Of a stretch of 64,000 nt of DNA, positions 12,455-22,700 are shown piece after piece. The stretch is from Haliotis rubra (lineage: Eukaryota): positions 620,001-684,000 of the forward strand of contig NW_025766769.1 of NCBI RefSeq assembly GCF_003918875.1, read 5' to 3'. The notes beneath the pieces are model-generated. The model was not told the DNA's origin, did no database searches, and saw only the letters and a list, made by a program, of their open reading frames with translations. Position 1 is the stretch's first letter. The number at the start of each line of letters is the position of its first letter. The position numbers and the translations under genes are program-made.

Positions 12455-14985
12455 ATCTCAACTCTAATGGTGTAACGTCTTCATTCGTCTCCCAACACTA
12501 AAGCTGTAACGTCTTCATTCGTCTCCCAATACTAACGGTATAACGTCTTCATTCGTCTCCCAACACTAAAGCTGTAAAGTCTTCATTCGTCTCCCAACAC
12601 TAAAGCTGTAACGTCTTCATTCGTCTCCCAACACTAAAGCTGTAACGTCTTCATTCGTCTCCCAACACTAAAGCTGTAACGTCTTCATTCGTCTCCCAAC
12701 ACTAAAGCTGTAACGTCTTCATTCGTCTCCCAACACTAAAGCTGTAACGTCTTCATTCGTCTCCCAATACTAACGGTATAACGTCTTCATTCGTCTCCCA
12801 ACACTAAAGCTGTAACGTCTTCATTCGTCTCCCAACACTAAAGCTGTAACGTCTTCATTCGTCTCCCAACACTAAAGCTGTAACGTCTTCATTCGTCTCT
12901 CAACACTAAAGCTGTAACGTCTTCATTTGTCTCCCAATACTAAAGCTGTAACGTGTTCATTCGTCTCTCAACACTAAAGCTGTAACGTCTTCATTTGTCT
13001 CTCAACACTGAAGCTGTAGTGGTGGTGATGGTGGAATTGGGTTTAACGTCGTGCTTGAGAATATTTCGCTCATATGACGACGTGCATGCGTGTATATGTG
13101 TATGTGCGGCTGCTTGTCCTAGCCCAGACTGAAGCTGGTTTTATAGTGCTAGCTCACTGAGATACCATGCCGCAGTGAAGCATGAATACCCCACTCAGAC
13201 ACATTATACTGACCCCGAGCCAACCAGTCCTTGTTGTACCCATTAATGCCGAGCGCCAGGCAGGGACCAACAAGTACAATATTTTAACGTCTTTTGGTAT
13301 GACGCGGTCGGGGATCGGACCCGCGACCTTCCGCACTCCACTAAAGCTGTAACGTCTTCATTCGTCTCCCAATACTAACGGTATAACGTCTTCATTCGTC
13401 TCCGAACACTAATGCTGTAACGTCTTCATTCGTCTCCCAACACTAATGGTGTAACGTCTTCATTCGTCTCCCAACACTAATGGTGTAACGTCTTAATTCG
13501 TCTCCCAATATTAATGGTGTAACGTCTTTATTCGTCTCCCAATATTAATGGTGTAACGTCTTCATTCGTCTCCCAATATTAATGGTGTAACGTCTTAATT
13601 CGTCTCCCAACACTAATGGTGTAACGTCTTAATTCGTCTCCCAACACTAATGGTGTAACGTCTTCATTCGTCCCCCAATATTAATGGTGTAACGTCTTTA
13701 TTCGTCTCCCAACCCTAATGGTGTAACGTCTTCATTCGTCTCCCAATATTAATGGTGTAACGTCTTCATTCGTCTCCCAATATTAATGGTGTAACGTCTT
13801 TATTCGTCTCCCAACACTAATGGTGTAACGTCTTCATTTGTCTCCCAATATTAATGGTGTAACGTCTCCATTCGTCTCCCAACACTAATGGTGTAACGTC
13901 TTAATTCGTCTCCCAACACTAATGGTGTAACGTCTTCATTTGTCTCCCAATATGAATGATGTAACGTCTTTATTCGTCTCCCAACACTAATGGTGTAACG
14001 TCTTTATTAGTCTCCCAATATGAATGATGTAACGTCTTAATTCGTCTCCCAACACTAATGGTGTAACGTCTTCATTTGTCTCCCAATATGAATGATGTAA
14101 CGTCTTTATTCGTCTCCCAACACTAATGGTGTAACGTCTTCATTTGTCTCCCAATATTAATGGTGTAACGTCTCCATTCGTCTCCCAACACTAATGGTGT
14201 AACGTCTTCATTCGTCTCCCAACACTAATGGTGTAACGTCTTCATTTGTCTCCCAATATGAATGATGTAACGTCTTTATTCGTCTCCCAACACTAATGGT
14301 GTAACGTCTTTATTAGTCTCCCAATATGAATGATGTAACGTCTTAATTCGTCTCCCAACACTAATGGTGTAACGTCTTCATTTGTCTCCCAATATGAATG
14401 ATGTAACGTCTTTATTCGTCTCCCAACACTAATGGTGTAACGTCTTCATTTGTCTCCCAACACTAATGGTGTAACGTCTTTATTCGTCTCCCAACACTAA
14501 TGGTCGTCTTCATTTGTCTCCAATATGAATGAAACGTCTTTATTCGTCTCCCAACACTAATGGTGTAACGTCTTTATTCGTCTCCCCAATATTAATGGTG
14601 TAACGTCTTAATTCGTCTCCCAACACTAATGGTGTCTTAATTCGTCTCCCAACACTAATGGTGTAACGTCTTCATTTGTCTCCCAATATGAATGATGTAA
14701 CGTCTTTATTCGTCTCCCAACACTAATGGTGTAACGTCTTTATTAGTCTCCCAACACTAATGGTGTAACGTCTTCATTCGTCCCCCAATATTAATGGTGT
14801 AACGTCTTTATTCGTCTCCCAACACTAATGGTGTAACGTCTTCATTTGTCTCCCAATATTAATGGTGTAACGTCTCCATTCGTCTCCCAACACTAAAGCT
14901 GTAACGTCTTCATTCGTCTCTCAACACTAATGGTGTAACGTCTTTATTAGTCTCCCAATATGAATGATGTAACGTCTCCCAATGC
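12455..14985. repeat. 34-bp minisatellite (AACACTAA[AGC/TGG]TGTAACGTCTTCATTCGTCTCCC), interrupted by a SINE
   Basis: Period 34 directly visible. Confidence 0.95.
13019..13338 (-). mobile_element. tRNA-derived SINE (Meta/RUDI-like central domain, tentative) inserted in the 34-bp array
   Basis: Minus strand has a B-box-like GGTCCGATCCC and CATACCAAAAGAC...TGCCTGGCGCTCGGCATT, plus a (CCA)n tail; 13-bp TSD CACT[G/A]AAGCTGTA at 13006-13018 and 13339-13351. Confidence 0.8.
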
Positions 14986-15854
14986 AATGACTTGTTCATT
15001 ATCTCTCAACACCGATGGTTTGACTTCTTACCTCGAGACTTAATACGAGACATGCACAATTTATCTTGACATGTATTTTTGACGTTCATAAAACCTTCCC
15101 ATGATCACAGGAAAGCAGTTCACTTTACTTTACCGACTGCAACAATAACATATACCACATGTATATGTGTTATGTATGCAAGCCTCGGATATTTGTAACT
15201 TTATCAACTCGTGTTGGTACGTCTCCAACAATGGAACATTCTTGTTCATACACCTCCGGTGTATTCCTCTGGTACCTATGACCCAACACTGCCGCTGTTA
15301 CAGGTCATTGGCTCCCTCCCTCTGCAAGCATTCTGCGTTCTGCTGTTTATTTTGTTGACAGTTACATAGACAGATTCTTTAATACAAATGCATAAAATCG
15401 GTGATTTACAATGTGATTAGGTTGTCTGACAAAACATCCACTTGCACAGTTTGAGATCGACTGGGTCATTGGATGAAGAGATATTTACAAAAAAACCGGG
15501 TCCACATGCATTTCATGCCAAACTATAGAGTTGGGGGACCATCAAGGTGTATTCAGTGTACTCATCTCTGCGCATACCAACCATAATGGGGATACCTTCC
15601 TCATGATCATCATGTCGAGATTTTACGTGCGCTTTCCGCCATAATGTGTGGGGTTTGTGATTGGGTATTGCCTGTAGGGCTGTGGTGGAGTTTGTGACTG
15701 GTTATTGCCTTTCGAGCTGCGGTTGGGGTTGTGCTCCGTAAGTATAGGTGTGTACCTTCTTTTCTTTTTCTCTTTTTAAACCCAAATCCCAGTTTGTTAG
15801 CCGACTGGGCCGCGGTAAGTGCGGTGGACGACGCGGTTGAGACAAGAGAAAGGT

Positions 15855-16185
15855 GGGGTGGTTGCCAGGATCTATAGCGGGTGATACGTTTGGCTTTACG
15901 TTGTTAGGTGGTGGTTGCCAGGATCTGTAGCGGGTGATACGTTTGGCTTTGCGTTGTTTGATGGTGGTTGCCAGGATCTGTAGCTGGTGATACGTTTGGC
16001 TTTACGTTGTTGGGTGGTGGTTGCCAGGATCTGTAGCGGGTGACGTGTTTGGCTTTACGTTGTTGGGTGGTGGTTGCCAGGATCTGTAGCGGGTGATGCG
16101 TTTGGCTTTACGTTGTTGGGTGGTGGTTGCCAGGATCTGTAGCGGGTGATGCGTTTGGCTTTACGTTGTTGGGTGGTGGTTGCCT
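15855..16185. repeat. 53-bp minisatellite
   Basis: About 6 units of GGTGGTTGCCAGGATCTGTAGCGGGTGATACGTTTGGCTTTACGTTGTT. Confidence 0.93.
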
Positions 16186-16399
16186 CTGTGGGTGTGGTGT
16201 TGGGGTTTCGGTACGTGGCCATAATTGTCAGGGATATTGTCCCGGGTTCTAAAGGATTCGGTGTAGCTTTCCATGGGTGGAAGATCATCGTTGTGATGGT
16301 GGGATTACGAGGATATCTTGTAGGGTGGAGTGGGTGTTTGCCAGTGTTGTGCATAACAAGGGTGAACTTTACAGGAGTAGGAAGTGGAGTTGTTAAAGG

Positions 16400-16602
16400 A
16401 GGGGATATGTGGGCTGTTAAGTCTGTAGTATAGGGATTACTGGGCTGTTTAAGTCTGTAGTATAGGGATTAGTGGGCTGTTTAAGTATGTAGTATAAGGA
16501 TTAGAGGGTTGTTTAGGGAAATTGAAAGTGTATTGGTAAATACTACCGCTTACTGGCTCTCAGGATTAGAGGGTTGTCTAAGTCTGTACTATAGGGATTA
16601 GA
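16400..16602. repeat. 32-bp repeat, upstream outlier of the 17325-19040 array
   Basis: Same unit: GGGTTGTTTAAGTCTGTAGTATAGGGATTA. Confidence 0.85.
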
Positions 16603-16709
16603 CTACCTCACTTAGCATGGCCCATATGTTCAGTGCTGGGAGCAGACAGGTGATGTCCCAGGCAATATCTGGACCTATCTGGCCACAATACGACTTCACT
16701 GTGGGCGCC

Positions 16710-19700
16710 ATGTTGTTACTGGTGTGTCTCTCGGCCTGTGTCGCCTTGGCTGCAGGTAGTCATTTCTTGTAGTCATTTCTTGTAGTGCATTAATGACTGG
16801 ACGGGTGGCTGGGTTGTGGACAGGTGGCGGGGGCTGGCAGGTGTAGCAGCGATTGATAATATATTTATATAGATAACAGGTAAAGTAAAGTTGCTTGATT
16901 CCCACTCATGAATGTGCTAATATCTTCATTCTCATAACCACAAGCTTCTTCCACCGTTTATCACACATCGCACAGCTGGAATATTGCAGAGTGCAACGTA
17001 TAGCTCTGAACTCCCAAGCCTCCTACTCTAACCCAACCCGCCCACAACCTGCACCTTACACGCCCACTACCCCAGCCCGCCCACAACCTGCACCTTACAC
17101 GCCACACCCACTACCCCAGCCCACCAACAACCTGCACCTTACACGCAACACCCACTACCCCAGCCCACCAACAACCTGCACCTTACACGCCCACTACACC
17201 AGCCCACTCACAACCTACATCTTACACGCCTACTACCCCAGCCCACCAACAACCTGCTCCTTACACGCCCACTATCCAAACCCACCCACAACCTAAGCCT
17301 TACACGCCCACTACCCCAGCCCCGAGGGTTGTTCAATTCTGTAGTATAGGGATTATAGGGTTGTTTAAATCTGTAGTATAGGGATTAGAGGGTTGTCTAA
17401 GTCTGTAATATAGGGATAAGAGGGTTGTCTAAGTCTGTAATAAAGGGATTAGAAGGTTGTTTAAGTCTGTAGTATAAGGATTAGAGGGTTGTCTAAGCCT
17501 GTAATATAGGGATTAGAGGTTAGTTTAAGTCTGTAGTATAAGGATTAGAGGGTTGTCTAAGTCCGTAGTAAGGGGATTAGAGGGATCTTTAAGTCTGTAG
17601 TATAGGGATGAGAGGGTTGTTTAAGTCTATAGTATAGAGATTAGAGGGTTGTCTAAGTCTGTAATATAGGGATTACAGGGTTGTGTAAGTCCGTAGTATA
17701 GGGATTAGTGGGGTTTTAAGTCTGTACTATAGGGATTAGAGGGTTGTCTAAGTCTATAGTATAGAGATTAGAGGGTTGTCTAAGTCTGTAATACAGGGAT
17801 TAGAGGGTTGTCTAAGTCTGTAGTATAGGGGTAAGTGGGGTTTCAAGTCTGTAGTAAAGCGATTAGTGGGTTGTTTAATTCTGTAGTATAAGGATTAGAG
17901 AGTTGTTGAAGTCCGTAGTATACGGATTAGAGGGTTGTTGAAGTCTGTAGTATATGGATTAAAGGGTTGCCTAAGTCTGTAGTATTGGGATTAGAGGGTT
18001 GTCTAAGTCTGTAATAAAGGGATTAGAAGGTTGTCTTAGTCTGTAATATAGGGATAAGAGGGTTGTCTTAGGCTGTAATATAGGGATTAGAGGGTTGTTT
18101 AAGTCTGTAGTATAAGGATTAGAGGGTTGTCTAAGTCTGTAATATAGGGATTAGAGGGTTGTTTAAGTCTGTAATATAAGGATAAGAGGGTTGTCTAAGT
18201 CTGTAATATAGGGATTAGAGGGTTGTTTAAGTCTGTAGTATAATGATTAGGGGGTTGTCTAAGTCTGTAAAATGGGGATTAGAGGGTTGTCTAAGCCTGT
18301 AATATAGGGGTTAGAGGTTAGTTTAAGTCTGTAGCCTGTAGGGATACTGTAGTATAATGATTAGAGGGTTGTCTAAGTCTGAAGTAAAAGGATTAGAGGC
18401 TTGTCTAAGTCTGTAGTATTGGGATTAGAGGGTTGTTTAAGTTTGTAAGTCTGTAGCATAGGGATACTGTAGTATAATGATTAGAGGGTTGTCTAAGTCT
18501 GTAAAATAGGTTTAAAGGGTTGTTTAAGTCTGTAATATAGGGATAAGAGGGTTGTCTAAGTCAGTAATGTATGGATTAGAGGGTTGTTTAAGTCTGTAAT
18601 ACAGGGATTAGAGGGTTGTTTAAGTCTGTAGTATAGGGATTAGAGGGTTGTCTAAGTCAGTAATGTAGGGATTAGAGGGTTGTCTAAGTCAGTAATGTAG
18701 GGATTAGAGGGTTGTTTAAGTCTGTAGTATAATGATTAGGGGGTTGTCTAAGTCTGTAAAATGGGGATTAGAGGGTTGTCTAAGCCTGTAATATAGGGAT
18801 TAGAGGTTAGTTTAAGTCTGTAGTATTGGGATTAGAGGGTTGTTTAAGTTTGTAAGTCTGTAGTATAGGGATACTGTAGTATAATGATTAGAGGGTTTAA
18901 GTTTGTAAGTCTGTAGTATAGGGATACTGTAGTATAATGATTAGAGGGTTGTCTAAGTCTGAAGTAAAAGGATTAGAGGGTTGTCTAAGTCTGTAGTATA
19001 GGGATTAAAGGGTTGTCTAAGTCTGTAGTATAGTGATTAGAGTGATTACACCTTACACACCCGTACCCCAGCCCACCCACAAGCTGCACCTTACATACCC
19101 AGTACCCCAGCCCACCCACAACCCACATCTTATACGTCCACTACCCCAGCCCCCCACAACCCACACCTTACACGCCCACTACCCCAACCCACCCGAAACT
19201 TGCTCCTTACACGCCCACTACCCCAGCCCACCCACAACCGACACCTTAAATGACAACTACCCCAGCCCACCCACAACCTACACCTTACACGCCCACTACC
19301 CCAGCCCACCCACAACCTGCACCTTACACGCCCACTACCACAGCCCACCCACAACCTACACCTTACACGTCCACTACCCCAGCCCACCCACAACCTACAC
19401 CTTACACGCCCACTACCCCAGCCCACCCACAACCTACACCTTACACGCCCACTACCCCCAGCCCACCCGCAACTTGCTCCTTACACGCCCACTACCCCAG
19501 CCCACCCACAACCCACACCTTACACGCCCACTACCCCAGCCCACCCACAACCCACACCTTACACGCCCACTACCCCAGCCCACCCACAACCCACACCTAC
19601 ACGCCCACTACCCCAGCCCACCCACAACCCACACCTTAAATGTCAACTACCCCAGCCCACCCACAACCCACACGTTAAACGCCCACTACCCCAGCCCACC

Positions 19701-22700
19701 CACAACCTGCACCTTACATGTCCACTACCCCAGCCAACCCACAACCTACACCTTACACACTCACTACCCCAGCCCACCCACAACCTACACCTTACACGCC
19801 CACTACCCCAGCCCACCCACAACCTACACCTTACACGCCCACTACCCCAGCCCACCCATAACCTGCACCTTACACGCCCACTACTCCAGCCCACCCACAA
19901 CCTACACCTTACACGCCCACTACCCCAGCCCATCTACAACCTGCACCTGACATGTCCACTACCCCAGCCCCCGTGTACTCACTAACAACACAGGTACGTA
20001 CACACCTGTACATGTACTCACTAACAACACAGGTACGTACACACTTGTACATGTACTCACTAACAACCCAGGTACGTACACATCTGTACATGTACACACT
20101 ATCAACACAGGTACGTACACACTTGTACATGTACTCACTAACAACCCAGGTACGTACACATCTGTACATGTACACACTATCAACACAGGTACGTACACAC
20201 TTGTACATGTACTCACTAACAACCCAGGTACGTACACATCTGTACATGTACACACTATCAACACAGGTACGTACACACTTGTACATGTACTCACTAACAA
20301 CCCAGGTACGTACACATCTGTACATGTACACACTATCAACACAGGTACGTACACATCTGTACATGTACACACTATCAACCCAGGTACGTACACACTTGTA
20401 CATGTACTCACTAACAACCCAGGTACGTACACATCTGTACATGTACACACTATCAACACAGGTACTTACACACCTGTACATGTACACACTATCAACACAG
20501 GTACGCACACACTTGTACATGTACTCACTAATAGCACAGGAACGTACACACCTGTACATGTGTCACAGGGTTTTATAACACGATCTCTGGGTTGGTGTTC
20601 AACCTGCACCTGACATGTCCACTACCCCAGCCCCCGTGTACTCACTAACAACACAGGTACGTACACACCTGTACATGTACTCACTAACAGCACAGGTACG
20701 TACACACCTGTACATGTACACACTAACAACACAGGTACTTACACACTTGTACATGTACTCACTAACTACACATGTATGTACTTATACAGAAGCACTGTCT
20801 AACATTGGAAAGTTGAAGGGGGCCGGGGGGCGGCCTAGACTGTCCCGGTGTTAGGAATATTTTGTTGTGATGTACCAAGTAAGACGCCATCTCATTTGAA
20901 GGGGGAGGCGCTCTAGACTGTCCCGGTGATAGTATAATTCTGTTGTGATGTACCAAGTAAGACGCCATCTCATTTGAAGGGGGAGGCGCTCTAGACTGTC
21001 CCGGGGGTCACCGGTACTCTGCACGTGGCACGGCCTACTACCCCGCCGACAACCCGCTTGAGGGAGGCTTTGTGGACATGAGGGGCGCTAGACTCAGGAC
21101 GCTACAGGTAAGTAATCTGAGGATATAAAATGTTTGTTGGGGTTTCACCATAACATTAAAAACAACTCTTCCAAACTCTCAGATGACCTGCGTGAAATGC
21201 GTCTAACCACGTGATCCGTCTCCATGGCAGAAGATTCAGACGTTGGCTTGGATGTTCATGAGTCAGAGCTGGACATCTGAAATTTACTGATGTCAGGGTG
21301 ACGGTAGCCAAGTTGACGCCCGATGACCCCGAATAACATGCCAGATGCATGCATACCGACTACTAGTATCTGCTATAATCTCAGTTCCATTGGAAGTTTT
21401 CTCCTCTCCATGTTAACGTGTATAGATGAAACAGATATTCACAAGTTTTATACTCTTGAACGGTCAGGCAGAGATGCTTCTTTACATGATATGAGTGGCC
21501 ATAATGCTTCATATGCATATGGTCTGCGTTTTGGCGAACCCTTGCAAACCGAAACCTTGTTGTTCATTAACTGAAATATGCTACTAAACAAAGGCAACAT
21601 TAACATATCATCATCGTCGATAGCTACATCGCTATGATGAAATATTAGGGGGTGCTTAATTAAGTTCCATGTGTATATGATGAGGTCTATAGACACACTG
21701 AACTTGGTATGATAACATACAACTACTGACCTTATCATTATGTGACCTGTCCTGGACCCTGTTTCACAAAGCTCTCGTAAGCCTAAGATCTCGTAACTTT
21801 TCTCGTAGTATTCGTACCTCCTATACTGTAACATAGGGACTACGAATGCTATGAGAAAAGTTACGAGATTTTAGGCTTACGAGAGCTTTGTGAAACGGGG
21901 CCCTGGCACGACTATACTGACGTGTCCAATAGTGCAACAGGATACAGACATCGAACCTGGAGAACTGGCAACGCGTTTGGTTCAGCGATGAATCGCTTGG
22001 ATGAGACAACGTGTCTATTGACCTGGACACGAACGTTTTGCGCCGAACAGCGTTCGACAGGTGGACAGATTTGGCGGAGTGGGCGTCATGGTGTGGGGAG
22101 CCATGTCCTACACTGGTAGATCAGAGCTAGCGGTGGTTGAAGGCGATCTTACGGCAAATCGCTACATCGGCCAAATCCTGCGATCTCACCTCCTCCCAAT
22201 CCCATTCCCCACCAGAGGGAGCTGTTTCAGCACGACAACACTCGACCCCACACAGCTCGTGTAACAGGTGCCTATCTCGCCAGTGAAAACGTCAATGGTC
22301 TTCACTTGCCTTCCAATCCGCCTGATCTGAATCCGATCGAGCATCTATGGGACGTAAATGATCGACGCGTCCGTGAACGTCACCATCGTCATCAGACACT
22401 TGCCAACCGTTGCAGGAGGAATGGCGAAGAATTCCCCAAGCAGAAATCCGACGACTTCCAATCCCTTCCAAGGCGGTGTCCAGCAGTGACAACTGCAATG
22501 CAAGGGTGGTGTCACCGCTTACTGACCTGAACGCCCCCTTGTGTCCTCACATGTTCAGTGAGTGAACTGACTTAATGCTAACAGTGACAACAATACATAC
22601 GTTCATCCGTCTGTGTCGAATTCCGTTCATCTATGTTCAAGCTTAAAGGCCCCCTCTACACAGGACGGCGACCGCTCTGCCTTCTCTCTGCGTTCTAAAA

